Source of the DNA: Lepidodermella squamata
Lineage: Eukaryota; Animalia; Gastrotricha
DNA: 64,000 nucleotides
Assembly: GCA_047495785.1 (NCBI GenBank)
Contig: JBLDXI010000032.1
Coordinates: 1,302,001 to 1,366,000 of the forward strand
Direction: 5' to 3'
The notes beneath the pieces are model-generated. The model did no database searches. It saw only the letters and a program-made list of their open reading frames with translations, and was not told where the DNA came from. The position numbers and the translations under genes are program-made. Shown in pieces: positions 47,440 through 62,398 of the stretch. Numbering within the stretch: the first letter of the stretch is position 1; each line of letters begins with the position of its first letter.

Positions 47440-47757
47440 AAATTCGAAAATTCCTTTTTATTATTGAGATGTCCCATTCGTTGAATGGATGGGCCGAAGC
47501 CATGGGTCCCGAATGAGCGCTCTTAGGGTCGCTTGTTGGGGTCTCTTGAGGACAGCTCGGTAGCGATTAGTGCAGTCTCGCTGACACTCCTAATCTACCA
47601 TTTTTCAATTTTGTAACACGATGGAGTGGTCGGCCACCGTCGGGGTAGAGCGTCATTGATAAACCACGGTCGACCCGGGTGGGGATCGAACTCGTGCCCA
47701 TCGATCTTGACGCTCAATACACAGCAGACAGCTATCCACTGAACTACTGTGTGCCCC
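47440..47757 (-). mobile_element. tRNA-derived SINE, 318 bp
   Basis: Minus-strand head GGGCACACAGTAGTTCAGTGG (A box) ... GAGTTCGATCCC (B box); flanked by 11-bp direct repeat TGGATCCTCTA at 47429-47439 and 47758-47768. Confidence 0.85.
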
Positions 47758-48320
47758 TGGATCCTCTACTTAGTTAGTTTATTGAAAAATTCAATAGTCA
47801 GTGCGCCGCCATGCGGTTCTTTGCCGTAAGACACTGCTATAGTTAATTTTGGTTTTATCAGTAGAGGACATTTTTCATCTAGTGTAAATGTGGTTATCAA
47901 CAATTCTTGACGATTTATTGATGACAGAGCGGGAGTCCGAAACGTTTCAGGAAATTTATGAAGAAACGGGGTATTGTACCGCGAGCGCCAATCGTCAGAC
48001 CTAAGACCTCGATTGCGTCGATATCGAAGCGCATCTTCAGGTTCGGTACACATAGTTCGTAGTGGCGTTTCTTCTCTGCGTCGACGTCGGCCGGCTGTGA
48101 CGCTCCTAGCTCGAAGCGGACAGTTGGATCGAGGCCAACCAGCCTTGCCGACTATGCGCTGATGTCTACTCTTTTCGGCTGGCCGTCATCTGCGACGCAT
48201 GCCAGTTCCTCGTGGACTTTGAAGCCCTTTTTCGCCAGGGCGGCGGCGCAAAACTGGGTGTCTTCGAACACATGCCGAGCTGCACCGCACTTCACTCTTC
48301 GCTAAGCTTGCCATTTATTA

Positions 48321-49806
48321 GCTTTCTCTCGAACAATCAATATGGCTTTAGAAAATATCATTCAACCGAAACCTGCCTCAACAAAGTCGTCAGTGATTGG
48401 AAACTTGCTCTGAGCCAATCTGAAACCGTTGCCGCCGTTGCGATCGACTTGCATTCGATTCCTTGCACCACGACGGTATATCATCGTTAGCTAGCGCCGG
48501 ATTCGACAACCAAGCCTTGGAAGTGATGAGATCATACTTATCTAACCGGTACCAAATCGTCAAAGTCGACAATAGTCTCTCGTCGCCGCTCAAAATCAAC
48601 TTTGGAGTGCCTCAGGGAAGTGATTTAGGCCCGCTGTTGTTTACAATGTATATAAACGAAATCTCATCTACAGTTCTTCATTCATCTAGCGCAATATGCC
48701 GATGACACCACTATCTATTACCGCCACGAATGCCCGGACATCGCTCAGACGCGCCTTCAAGCTGACTTGGACTCGATGTGTTCTTGGCTCGGACGAAACT
48801 GCTTGCAAGTGAACGGCAAGAAGTCGCAACTACTGGTCCTTTCAACCAAGAGAAAGAAACCGAACATCGAAGTGACAGTCGAAGGTGTGAAACTTGCAGA
48901 TTCGAAGACCATGAAAATTCTCGGGTTAACGTTGGACAATGCGTTACTCCTGAAAACGCACTTCAGCGAAGTTCGCGCTAAGGCGAACCGAGGTACCTAC
49001 GCTCTAAAAATTGCTTCAAAACATTTGAACAGGAAATCTTTGGTCACGATGGCTTACGCAGTAGTGTTGAGTCACTTGAACTACTGTGACACAGTTTTGG
49101 ACCAGGCGTCTGACAGCAATCTAAAAGCTATTCAATCCGTTCAAAACAGAGTCATGCGCATCATCCTACGAAAAGACCGAACGGCTGACCCTAGCGAAAT
49201 GCAAAAGCAACTGGGTTGGCTTGACATGGCGGGCAAACGAAAAGTGCACATCATCACAATGGTTTGGAAATGCTTGAACCAAGAAGCGCCTACAACTTTG
49301 CGCGATATGTTCAAATCGAAAGAACAACCACGAAACCTACGCAGCTATTTCGACCAAGCTTTGGAAGTGCCATTTTTCACTTGCAAACGTGCTCAATCAA
49401 CTCTCGCTTTCAAAGGTGCTGTAGCCTGGAATGCTTTGTTGCCTCGCCACGTACAAGAATCGAAATCAGCGCATGAGTGTCGACAAAATGTATATCTTTA
49501 CCTTCTCGGCGATGCGCCATTCCAGTTTTCAAACGCGTCCCAAAAATTGTAAATTTCAATAGAAACTATTAACTATTTTCATATGAGAGCTTACCTTACA
49601 TCTCATTCTCTCTAATTTTAACGTCAATGTGGAGCCAATTGTTGTTGTTGTTTTGTATTATCACTACCAAAATGAACAAATGGAATTTGAAACGGACTGT
49701 ATATGATTTTTCTGCCGGCTATGAGTGGATTGCCCGATTAACATTGTTGTGAGCGTTCGGCTACGGACTTAAGCTCTTAAATGAATAAAATAAATAAATA
49801 AATAAA
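48321..49806 (+). mobile_element. 5'-truncated non-LTR retrotransposon (CR1/L2-type reverse transcriptase), frameshifted
   Basis: QYGFRKYHSTETCL, VAIDL, GVPQGSDLGPLLF, YADDTT, KILGLTLD, HLNYC; 3' tail (TAAA)n at 49786-49806. Confidence 0.92.
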
Positions 49807-50662
49807 TTTAACCGTTTATCGCCCATCCACCCCGATCGGGATACCCTACTTTGGAATTTGGAATTTATTGCAGCTGTAACCGTGATAGCCATTGAAATAT
49901 AATTGATTGCTAATGAAAGGACTCATGATAGAACTGCAGTCACCTACGTCGGATAAAAGTCTCGACCTACTTAACTATGGATTTTCCCCCAAGAATCATT
50001 AAATCTACTATGCATATTGATATATGTAAAATTGTCGAAGGTCCTGACCGCGTCGAAATCCAAGCGTGCGCATTATCGTCTGAAAACCAGAAAAAAACAC
50101 CAATATTCAGTCCATTCGATTTCTTTATTCCTCTGGATTTAGCATCAATCCGACAAATTAACGTAGACAAAGCGCAGGATTTTGAAAATTCTCTCATCGC
50201 TATCGCAACTATATAATTATTATAATTATTATTGTAATTATTGTCATAATTCGCGGTAATTTTTCAATTCAAAATCAAAAAATTCAAACCATCTTCAGGT
50301 TGAATATCGTAAGTATAACATAATATTATAGCAATAGTAACGAAAATTATTATTTCAATCATCTTGTGATAAATCAAAACAAATATCAATCATGTTTTCC
50401 GCGGCAGAAAAGAAACGCTTCGATCAAACCAACAATAGAAAACGAAAAAAAGAAACAATGAGAAAAAAAACAAAAAAGATAACTTTGATTTGTTTCCTCC
50501 AACTTTCGACACAGAAAAAAACGGAAAAAACACAAAAGAAGCGAGAATAGATCAGTCCCACGAATTTAATATTATTATTATATAAAAGCGAATTTATTTA
50601 TTTACATTTTTTTTGGAGAGACTAAAAAACGGGAGAAGTGGGACATTTTTTCAAGATTTTTT

Positions 50663-52822
50663 TCAAGCGACAATATGCCTAGGCAGTCGTTTTTTGTAGA
50701 CGCGAATCGACGACATGAGGCAGCACGTGAAAGAAATGCCGATAATTTGCAGGATGCACAGGCCGAGGCCAACGGCGCCGATGATGAACAGGTCGCCGCG
50801 AATGTGCGCGTCTAAAATGTCGCGACACCCGCGCACCCAAATGTTCGTCGGGCTCGTATTTGATCCGCAATTTTTAACATGCGTAATGCAACACGAATCG
50901 GGCACGGCCAGCTGGAAGCCCTGGCCGCCCATCGCCGCCGACATGGTGGCGTTGCGGCGCTTCCACCACCGCGACGCGTCCCAGTCTTTGAACTGCGCCG
51001 CGCCGCAGCAGCGGTACTGCGTCTGCATCCAATCGACGCTGATTGTTCGATCGAGGTCGAAGCCGTAGAAATTTGTCAACACGCCGTGCAGGCTTTCGGT
51101 CAGGTTTTGGCTAAGGTAAGGGTGAAAGACATTCACGTAGGGCATTTCGATGCGCGAATACGTCAGGTACGCCGCTAGCCCGCTTGTAATTTCGATAAAA
51201 AACACGCACAGAAGTAAAAACGAGTACTAAAATTAAAAAAAATTCAATTATTAAGGAGGATTTTTCTGTGATTAAATTGCTTACACAGCATAATGAAGGC
51301 CAGCTATTTTGCAGCGCGCCACAGTAGCCGAGAATGCCGTTGAGGATGATGAGGACGCCGCAGCCGAGCATGCATAGGATGAGGCCGACGTACAGGTACG
51401 ACGTCATCAGGTGGAACACGCTGTACTTGTCGAGGATGATCCATAACGATACGGCTATCAAGCCACCGCCAGTAAGCTGAAACGTAAATAAAGGAAAAAT
51501 CGTAAAATTGTTGTTTTCGACATTTTGAATGAACAAAACAGCAATATTTTGCCGAAAATCCAATCGAAATCGTGAAAATTTCGAAAAAATTTCCTATCCC
51601 TAAATTCGTAAATCGTAATTTCTTTCCCATATTTTTCCTAAATGGTCTAAAAGCTCGAGGCCCAAATAAAAATAGCTATCCTTATGGAAATTTTTGGCTC
51701 ATTTTTAGCCGAAGGTGAACGGTAGATAAAACATTCTTTATTGGTCATTTGGATTGCAAAAATTTCAAAATAATTGTTATGATAATTGATCGAAAGATAG
51801 CCTGTGAAACGCAGTGATGGCTCATTTAATTTCGGAATCGGATATAACTCAAACTCCAAAGCTAGGCGAAAAGCTCGAAATATGCCCAGATTTCAACTTG
51901 AATGTTTTCCATTTAATTTCTCTAGTTATCAAAAACCAAGAACAAAGTTTTTTAAAAAGACATAAAATTACGTTGGAAATTATCGTAATTCATTTTCAAC
52001 TCGTCATAAAATTGAGGAAATAAATGGATGGGGTCGCGTTCAAATTTTGCTTCCGTAACGGGCAACTTATATGCTCTACTCGAAGAAACTAGAATTAAAA
52101 AAATTTAGAAATTCACCCAGTAAAAAACGCATCAAAATTGTCCACCAACTCGTAGAGCTTTTTAAAAATGGTAATAAATTATTTCAGTTAGCCATTGGAA
52201 CCCAGCAAGCACCGACTCGTGGGTTTTCAATGCGAAGATCCCGATAATCAGAATTTTGTTCAAACCGAACAATTTCGTCTAAGGAACAAAATCTAATGAG
52301 TATCTTTAAGCTGAACTAAATTTGCGTTGTCAAATTTGAAATCTTGGCAAAAAACATTGCTAACGTTTTTAGCGTGAATATGCATTCCTTATTCAGAAAT
52401 AAGAAGAAGCATAATTTAACCCTTATTTTTGGATTTTTCGATCATTAACCCTGAAAATTCAGAAAATTTTAAAATGCCAGTTTAAATTGGTTCCGCCTAA
52501 GAATAGACCCATTTTCATAAAGCGATGCGTTATTTGGGCCTCAAAGCCCTTAATATTAATCTAAAATTCTTAGAAAAAAATGTAAAAAAATAGCGAAAAA
52601 GCTTACCCAGAAAATGGAGTTGTAGACGAAGAGAACGTAACGAAGAAAGTAGATGTTACAACACGAGTCGTCATCGCGCTGCCGAACCGGCTGCTTCGGA
52701 ACCGGCGTGTAATAGTAGCCATTCAACATGATCTGCGGATGCTGGTGCCCACCGCCGCCTCCGCCTCCGCCGCTGCTGTACGAATTCGTGCTGTAGTGCG
52801 ACGTGGCCGTTTTCGACGACAT
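50663..52822 (-). CDS. Tetraspanin, CD151/TSPAN11-like, ~323 aa
   Basis: Exons 52822-52607, 51476-51285, 51226-50663, all phase 0. LFVYNSIFWL.G, GILGYCGA, FIEI, DWMQTQYRCCG, VPDSCC, GC. Confidence 0.92.
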
Positions 52823-53287
52823 AAAAACCTCGCTCCAAGATTCACTCACTCGTCAATTGATTAATTTACCAACAATTAATTAATTAGGCCAAGGCGTGGA
52901 AAATCAAATAATAGCCATGGCGACTAGCCGCGCTTCAACCCAACCGTGTAAAATTGTGTGGCCTAGACAAAACAAATAAAACAAGATTTGCGGTTTACCT
53001 GGTTTCAAAGTGGCGTAGGTACAAATTTAAGGAAAATTAAGCGCCTTGTCACATCCGCGCGCCGCCTGTTTAATAAAGTCAGCCGTGTTTATACAACGTC
53101 TTGACTGTGTTGTAGCAATAACGCGAACGTGTAAATGAGACCGGCAAGTGTTTTATAACGCAGCGTCGCACTTGTTGGCCCGGCGACGTCCAGCTCAACA
53201 AAAGCTAATAAAATAAGGCTCATATATTTCAAGGCGTCTGCGGCTGCGGCTGCTGAAAACCGGGTACGATGCCCGTGCAGAAACCAT

Positions 53288-53319
<32 letters not shown>

Positions 53320-56300
53320 TGCTGCAGAGGTCAGGCAGCGTTGGTTTCGTTCGTTACGAAATCGATTATTATTATTGTATTTGAGGGCAAGACGAAACAC
53401 GCTGTGTGTAACTACTGTACATTATAATTACAGCCGGCCGGATTGAGCAGGATCGAACTCGGCCTAGACTATTAACATATGGCCACTGCTGTAGTAGTAG
53501 TAGTGACGATAGGCCTAACATGTATAGTAATTGTTGTGCGAACAAAACTGCAGCGGCGGTGGTTGTGGTGGTGAAAAATTGGAGCATCCCGGGCGAAATT
53601 CTCCCGTGGCGGGTGCGCACGCGTGTGACGGCAACAGATGGGCGCCAATAAAAGTGTAGTGCTAGTCGAAAAATCTCGTATGCATATGTTGGCAATTAGC
53701 CGCGTTTTATTATATCTATGCGCAGTGTTTAGGCCATCGCGCTTACGCAACCGTAGCGTTCGTTGCCAGTGAACTGTGCGCGGCGGCTGACCAGCGGCCC
53801 TTAAAACAGATAATCCGATTTGCATCGAGATTTGATTACAAATCTCATTTAACGCTGTATAATATTATAATATTCAACCGCATCTAAGAAGTTTCAGCAT
53901 CTGCGGTTAAATAATGCTTTTTTTGCGGTAAAAAATCAAAAATTGCTCATTTCCTGTCGCCTATTCATTGCAAGAAATCAGACTTCCGGGCTTTTAAATT
54001 TAAAAAATCATGGTCAAGTGCAAAATGGAATTTTAAGTGCTGAGTTTATAAATAGTCATCTAAAAAAATGTTCGAGATATCAATTATACTTGAAAGAATT
54101 CATTAAATTTACTCTCAAAACTGGACATTCAAGCGTAAAATTTAAACGGAGGCGAAAATTTCGAAAAATCGGAGATGTATTAAAATCTCAAGGAATCTAT
54201 TTTTAACGAGATTTTATCGAGATCTGGACATCCCGTGGGTTTAAAAGACCAATACAAACCCAAAGCAGTATGAGAATATTTGCATCAAAATTGGCATATA
54301 TGGGAAAAATCTCAACCAAGAATTCGGAATTCTGAAAATGTCGGCCATTTGTTAATATTTAACCACTAAGAAAACTGAAAAATATATTAGGAATTTTTTG
54401 TCAATTCGATAACTTGCAATGTCACAATTTTATGTAAAATTCTACTCAACTAAATTACTTGAGAAAATTCGAACTATTTTTTCTTGTAAAATATGAAAAG
54501 AAATCTAATATAAGAAAAAATTGTAACTTTGAGCTCCAATAACGTCCTAATCAATAGCACCTATAATTATCTCCGCGGTGAGTCGCAAAATAACAGAATG
54601 CACCTATTGACTTCCTTGAGGATGCGAAAAAAGTGAAGGGAAAATTTGATGACCAACTGTTTTCTTACACTTGACGAGAAGAAATAATACTGGCTATTAT
54701 TTGTTCTTTGCCATCATATACGAAGCAACATCATGCAAATTGGCTGAAATGAAGGGGAAAAGGGCTCATTCGATCGCATGGGCAAATATGAAGAGGAGGG
54801 TCATCATCGAACGTGTAATTATCCGCTGCCGCTGTTGCTTCCCCTCGCTAAATTTTATTACAATCGAGACGCGTCAATGAATGGATGGGCAAAGCATGAA
54901 AAGAGCTATAAATAATAGTCGTAGTGATATCAAGCTGTGATAGTTATGAAAATTACGGTGATGATACTATATGAACGTTTCGAAATTTTTATTAGCGAGG
55001 CTCATTATTTTATTGCGCGCGCATAGCAGGAGGCAACGAGCTGCTGCTATCATCTAAAAGCTTAGCGTGTCACCTAATGAAAGCTCAAACTGCTGGTAAT
55101 AAATAAATAAATAATAATAATAATAATAACGATGGATGCTAACGCGCGAGATTTTTCTATCAGCAGGCGCCTCTGTAGGTTGTTCTTCAATAATTCAGCC
55201 ACCTCACGCCTATTTGCCGGCTATAAAAACTGGCGACGCTTGCAAATAAAATGCGGAATAGCCTGATGATGATGATGATGGGTGCGGCCTTCTTCTTTTC
55301 CTGTGACAGCATATGGCGTTGTTTTGGGCCCCTTCTCCTCGTCCTCGTGAAAAGGTGCGATGATTGTAGGGCCGTATTTGAGGGGTAGCGAATTAATTGG
55401 CGCTACTTGACGCGATCTGTCTGTCATGCACCGCCTTGTCAACTGGCTATTCAGCAGATGACAGGCAAAGCTAATAAGGCAACGCGGCGAGTTAAAAACG
55501 CGTAATTAATATATTATTAATTACACCTATCAAATAATGTTGTATCGCATCCTCGAAAAGAAGAAATATTTACATTATGCGAGTTTTTTGTGGCCAGAAC
55601 CAACTTCTGAGTTTATTTGACAAGGAATGACACGAGGGAAAACGTTCCGCCATGCAAACCAGAAATAGGCATCGATTTATATCAAGGCATGAGATGGTAT
55701 AAAGGCTCGATAAACCCAAATGAGAAAACTATTGAAATTCTAGTGAGAAATGATAATGAGTCCAGAAGAACGATAAATTTTCCGAAAAATCTCAATTTAG
55801 TCAAATAAATCCCAGAGAAATAACGAAGCTAGTAAAACTAGAAAACCACTGAATTTTCTGGTAGATTGGCCTAAGAATTATCTAGAAAAAATTCAGAAAA
55901 ATTTCAGATTCAGAATCTCTTTTAGCGGAACCAAATCTTCATGTAGCGGAATTTATTTTAGATAAGCAAAAGGTCGCTTTTCGAACATTTCTGCGAAATA
56001 AAGGCAATGTATGATTTCTACAGTGAAGAATGTATCTCATGCAGAATTTTACGCTAACTTTAAAGATGATTTATTAAAAATTATGCTGGTCAGTCATTGC
56101 ATTCTTGAAAGTTTCGAAAAGTGGTATTCAACATTTTCATCATTAAATTTGGTTCCATTGAGAGAAAGGAAAATTATTAAGAAATTATCTAGACAACTTA
56201 ATTCAAAGCTTTTCTGAACTCTAAAGGAGACGATTTTGTAGGGAAAACTGGAAAACCACTGATTCAAATGTTTACGGTTGGGCATTGATTAGTCCCAATA

Positions 56301-59300
56301 AGCATTGAAACTTGAAAACACTCAAAACTTGCAACAAGCAATGCCATCTAACCTATTAGAATATAAAAAAACTAGCCAATTTTTTCAAAATATTGATGAG
56401 AAAATGAAGTTCCTAAATCAAAATTTCGAAGGTGGCACCTACGCATCGATTATCGAAGTACCTAACAGTGCTTCAAGACGCGCGTTTGTCCGCGTGGCGG
56501 CGAGTGCTGCGGCGCGCAAATGGCAGAAGAAGAAGCGTACAAGTGGCAGCAAATGGCAGCTATGAAGGAGGCCTAATAGTAGGCAGGCTATAATAAAAGA
56601 TTGCTGTCTTCCGCCACTCAAGTGCTGCTCTTCGCAATAGGCCGCGTGTTTGCTAGCTAGGCTGATGGTGTGCTCGCTCGCAGAAGGTGCGCTGCTCCTG
56701 CTAGCCAGTTCTTTTTGTTTGCCCAGCCGCAGAGGCACTAAAAGACTGCAGCGTCCGAGTAGGATGAATGGCCAACTGTTGCCGCCTTAATAAAGCAGCC
56801 GAAGATGTGCAGACAGCAGCAGCCCAGATGACAAAAGTGCGCGATAATGAACGAGCGCAAACACACAAGATTCTGCGCGATAAAATACGCAGGTATGTGC
56901 GCCAAGGTCTCGTGGCGCGTGGCCCCGGCATTTCCACCTCGAAAAAGTCTCTCCGCGAGGCAATTAATAATAATAACAATAACAACGGCCGCATATTTTT
57001 TCGACGTGTATAATTTTGTTTTCGCAGCGATTTTCATCTTAGCGGAAAGTAAGCTGTTATTATTCAAGCAGCAAAACGGTCGGTTTGCAAGGCGCGCTTG
57101 ACCGGATACGATCGACCGGATTTCGTATAAACAGCTGAAACGAACGACCACGTAAACAATGTGGAGAGGGCGAAATTTCGTACTAATTTAAGCGTGTTTC
57201 GGAAGTTCAAGTGCTGCGCTGTTTACAACGCGGCTTGGTTATTTCGAATGCAATCAAGGGCGGTGGTGTTGAAAATGATATCGCCTAATTCATCGGCCCC
57301 AATCAATCAGAGCCGGCACATGTGGCGTTCTTACAGCTATCAAAATAATCAGAGAAAAACGATATCTGGTAGCCATAGTTTTTGATGATATTATTGAGCC
57401 CGCATTTCGGGCGAGCGTAACGCCGTGAAAATAACAACAACAACCAGCCAATAGCGGATGAAAAGCAAGATTTACCGACTTATCATTCGTCATCAACGAG
57501 TATAAATAGAAGAGGGACTGGTATATAAATAGCAGATCGCAATCGATGATAACCTAACCAAAATAACTGGGCTGTTTGTTGACTTGTTTGCGGAAGAATC
57601 GCAGTGCCCTAAAATATTATAGTACAGTAGCCCATCGCATTTCATGCAAGTGTCTCATGTCACGCGTTTTATGATGTGTTGACAAGGCTGCGATTATAGC
57701 CGCGTATAAAAACAAGCCGGCTATGATATGTTGACAAATAGTACAGTTGACAGCAAGATTTTACGTGCAGATAAATAATAATGAGGCGCAAAAGCCAAAA
57801 TCGATTTTGTTTTGATTGTGCACTGAGTCAAGTTTGGGAAAGCTAAAAGACAAGCAGCTTCCGTTTGATGCCAACATAACTCGCAATTTTTCGCAGGCGC
57901 CGCAGGGTATTTTGTACCTAACACTCGCGGAAAAAATGTTTAGATTTACGTGCGTGCAAGCAGGACATTCTGGTGAAGAAATCTGCTGCTATGTGTGAAT
58001 TGAGATGAAACATTATGCGCTTCTCGCAAAACCCAAACACGCACAAATCTCGAATTGATGTGAGAACAATGCCAAGATTTTATTACGGCTTAGCTTGATG
58101 GGTACATAATTGTGCATACGCGCTTTGGCGCGCTATCTCTATGCCTAACGCGGCTAATAATGCGAATTTACTAAAAATTGGGCTATGCGGCACGCCGCGG
58201 CGTTAAAAGAGCAAAATACAAATATATGATGCCGTGATAACGATGTTTTTCAATAACACCTACGACCAACAGGTAACAATAACCACCGAATATGACAATA
58301 AGCGTAAAGATTTGGTAAGGTGACTCGGCATTAAAATGAAAACATGTGTTAGAAGAAGATTATGAGCAGCGAAAATAATAATTCATAGTATGCTGCCAAG
58401 TTCTAAGCCTTTTCGGCGTTGATCATTTCAAGTAACGGGTCTCAATCAAACATTGCATGAGTGATGACTGATCCACAAAGAAGAACAAGGAAAAAGCTTT
58501 TAGACCTATTTCCTCTTTGACAACAAAGAAAAAGCTAATATATAAGAGGGTATTCTTAGATTTTGATTAAGCGCTTAGGTTACTTACAATACAATGTGTT
58601 TTATTGCTGTTAACCCAGTTGAATTAATTATTAACAAGCTAGTAATAAATCGGTAAGCATAACATTTCAGAGGAGACTATATTATAACAGCATGGGACGC
58701 AAAGAGACTAGCTACTAACATGCGCCCAGGTACTTGCGCTAAAAGATCTCTAGTAAGACAAAAATCAACTCCACTGCTGCCTAGAAATCATCTACAGAAT
58801 AGTATGCATCATGTATGTCTTCTAACAGATTGCAAATTCCACTGGGTGAATGTTGATGCTTAGTGCATAGTAAATCATTAGTTGGCATATAGCATATAAT
58901 AGGAAGGCGAAATAAAACGTTTATAATTAACACGATGAAAGACATGAAAGCGACGTCTCTGAGGAATCAGTCTTAGCAATCGATCGACAAAACGTAATTT
59001 CCGCGGAAATTCTTCAATTTAATATTGGGCCATACAACATGCATCGCAACTCTGAGAACTAGGTCGAAAGTCGAAAACACTACGAGACATTTAAAATTGA
59101 AATTTGGAATTCAAAAAGAACGAACTACCCTTTGACAGGCAGTGGAAAAAAATAGTACACTGGGGGTTCGCTTTACTATTAAATGCTATTAGCCGAATTT
59201 TAGCTTGTTTGAAACTCGACCAGTACAGAAGACGAAAGGAGTTCACTTTTCACTTCACCACTAAAAGATGGCGGCATTTACTTCAAGCGACCAAAATGCC

Positions 59301-60584
59301 GTCTTCGACGCGAAGGCAACCATTTGCGCAGCCATCTAATGCGATCCTTTAGAATAAATTGATTCGAGTGGTAGATAAATATTGGAGATATAGATGCGTA
59401 CTGCGTACTTGAGTTTTCCTCCAAGATCCAAGGGAGAAACAAACAGGAGAAACGAAAAAAAAAAGAAACCACAAGAACTCACAAGCCGGCGAACATTTTT
59501 GAAATTCCCTCTCAAAAAATCAAAATTGTTGTTATACTTTAATGTTAATGTCATATTCCGTCTTAAAACTGAAATAATGTTTGGTGTGAGAAAAATTTGT
59601 CTTTCGCGCGCGAACAACAGGTGTTTTCGGGATTTGAAAATTTTGCCGGGGGCTTATCAGACGTTGAAAGTTGAGTCATGACGCATGGAGCAGGAAATGT
59701 TCGAATGGCACATGGCTAGCGCAACCCTTCATTCTCCTCTCGAAACGCTTGGATCACCTTATTTCGTGCTAGTTTATTTCTCAATCTTGCATCGGCTTTT
59801 GTGCTTTTCGGTTACCGAACTGGATACTTGGCCTATAAAGGCCTCTTTATGAAAATACGTAACCGTCCTGTCGCGGTGATCGACTTCGGACTAATGTTCG
59901 CGACCTTGCCTAATGTAGAGCTGAAGACTTATCCGTTCTGAAATTTCACGCATATGTCATGCATAGGGAACTCGTGACATGATGGATCTATCTTGATTTT
60001 ATTCGTTACCCATTCTTTCCGATGTCCTTAGGGAACCTGTATAAAAGTCTCACACTGTAATTGCTAACTGATATATTACAAATTAGTGCATTATTGAAGC
60101 CCACATTGATTACTGATCCTTCAATATGCTTACTTTGAAGGTTTAAGTAAATGAGGGAAAATGAAGGAAAAGGTTGGAACAAAACACTAAGTGTGCAAGA
60201 GCTGCAAGAAATCATCATGCAAATTGATCATTTCAGTTCATGGTGGAACGGAATTTCGGTGCAGTAAATGTGGACCACAACGACCTTGAAAACGAAGCGA
60301 TTATAGAGGTCTTGGTGGGGCGTTCTTTACTTATTTGAGTTTGCTCATAACTAACATGTTAAAATATCTACCTTTGTCTCTAGCTACTAGCTATCCTGGA
60401 AATTTTGTTACTAACAATATTTTCTGGATAGCTCATGTCGGTTTTAAAGCTAACATATTGCGCAATAGAACAAACGAATAGAAAAGTATTATCACCTTGA
60501 ATTGCAGATATCGTAAACTGGTACATACCTATATCCCTTTCAATAAATAGCGTTTGACGTTTTGTTCTGACTTGATCAACACAT

Positions 60585-60875
60585 GTTACGTACATACGGA
60601 TGGACGTCGGACTGGTTAGGTATTATGCCTGAGCCTCAAAATTTAAGGCCGACCCCGACCTCCGCCTCAAAGCGGACGAATCGAAAGTCTTTTATTTGTC
60701 CTTCTCTATCCTTGCACAATTTTTCTATCAATAATTTAGAGGCAATCAACATCAATCTAACAATCAAAGCAAGTAAAAAATCAATAATAATAGGAAAAGA
60801 TAAAGGCTCGAGCAAATCAATGATAAATCGAACGTGATGATGAGCAATATTTTTTTCAGGCGAAAATCGGGGTAC
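60585..60875. repeat. Dispersed repeat family D, with a second copy at 61937-62113
   Basis: Shared blocks CCCGACCTC, CAATGATAAATCGAACG and TTTCAGGC.AAAATCGGGGTA. Confidence 0.6.
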
Positions 60876-62398
60876 TCATACTTCCGTCAACTTTACGTAG
60901 ATCAGTATTATTATTGCCTAACTTGACAAAAATCTACATTGTCAAGTTCTTAATGCTGGTATTCAGTCATATTTTTTGTCAGATTCCAAGAGTTATCTAA
61001 TTCAGTGTAGATTTGTTATCGTTACGCCAGAAAGTGTTGAACCTGACTTGCAGATTCATCTTTGCATATTTTTGTTTGCGTGGATTTTTAACCCGATTAT
61101 CAGTGCGCTCGATTTGCGTTTGCGCATTTCTGTCGCCGCGCGAATAGTTATCGCTTGTTATCCAAAAACAAAATCCCAGTAACCAAATGTTTGTGCAACT
61201 TTGCGCCACTCCGACATCACCTGCAACACGATTTCTGAGATTACGCGTTTACGCGGCAAGTCTTGCCTAATCTTGCAAATATTACTCACAAGTGCATTTT
61301 TTAGATATTCCGTAAATCATTATTCTTGTTCCTTTAGTTGATACAAAGATTTGGATGTGAATGGCCGATTTGACTAGCTTGCTTTGTCAGTTAACATAAT
61401 CGCGACGGTTAAGTTTGCTACAAATTTCCTTCGTTTCGTTGCCAACTTTGATACATTTAGCAACAAACGCTTGTTTTTCCTGACGATAGTATTTGCTTAT
61501 CGCATGCTATCCGTTATGCGGCGTGTGCGGTTTTTATTACTGCCAAAACGCGTCAATGTGGGTCATGCGCTGCGCCAAACCCCTAATTAGATATGACCCA
61601 GTAAAGAGGGCGGTTATATTTGAGGTTTTATATCCGCTTGACGTTGACCTGTTCGTGGTGATATTCACCGCTCAAAATGCAATTGAAGGAACCAGGCTAG
61701 AAATTGTCCAATAAACTCATTCCATTCCATTGAAACAAGTTATTGCTAACTTATGTATCGATTGTATGTAGGTTTCTCGCACGAATCTACTCGAATGTGT
61801 GATGACATGATATATTGTTATTTGCACGCTCGGTCAAATGAATGCGTGATCTAGCATAGGCGATAGGCGTGAAGTCTTTTCCCAATACTTTTTAGGGGCG
61901 ATAAACCAATATTCAATTGATAAAAAATATAGCGATGTGACGTATGTGTGGACGGACGGAGGACCGGGCCGATTTTTTTGCCCGAGTCTCGAAACAGGGA
62001 TATTCGCAAATTAAGCCCGACCTCGGCATCGAAACAATGATAAATCGAACGCGTTAATGACTTTTGCTCATTATCGTGTTCGCGATGTTTTCAGGCAAAA
62101 AAATCGGGGTATATATACGCCACATGGAGCGAGCTTTTGTTTTGATACAGCATATACCGGCATCTTCCATTTAACTTGGGCTCGGAATTTTGATTTTGAC
62201 GCCCGGCAGTTGGGGAGTTCAGCTATTTTTTAAACAGCCGAATACGAAGGGGCAATATTTATGTTCATCTGGTCTTCAAGAGTTCACGTTTTTTCTACTT
62301 GATATTTTTCATTTTTTCCCGTTAAAGACTAATTTCTTAACTGTAATACTTGCTATGATAATAGCTCAGAGACATGTTTGTTGATATCCTTACTTGTT

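Noticed and set aside
47690-47757. tRNA-like A and B boxes as a second tRNA gene
   Set aside because: No closing acceptor stem or clean anticodon arm; it is the head of a TSD-flanked SINE.
47915-47952. Second hammerhead-like motif (GATGAC...GTCCGAAACGTTT)
   Set aside because: Lacks an intact CUGANGA core in register with stem II and has no stem I.
53089-57496. Many 70-140 aa ORFs
   Set aside because: Overlapping on both strands, driven by microsatellites, no domains or consistent splice structure.
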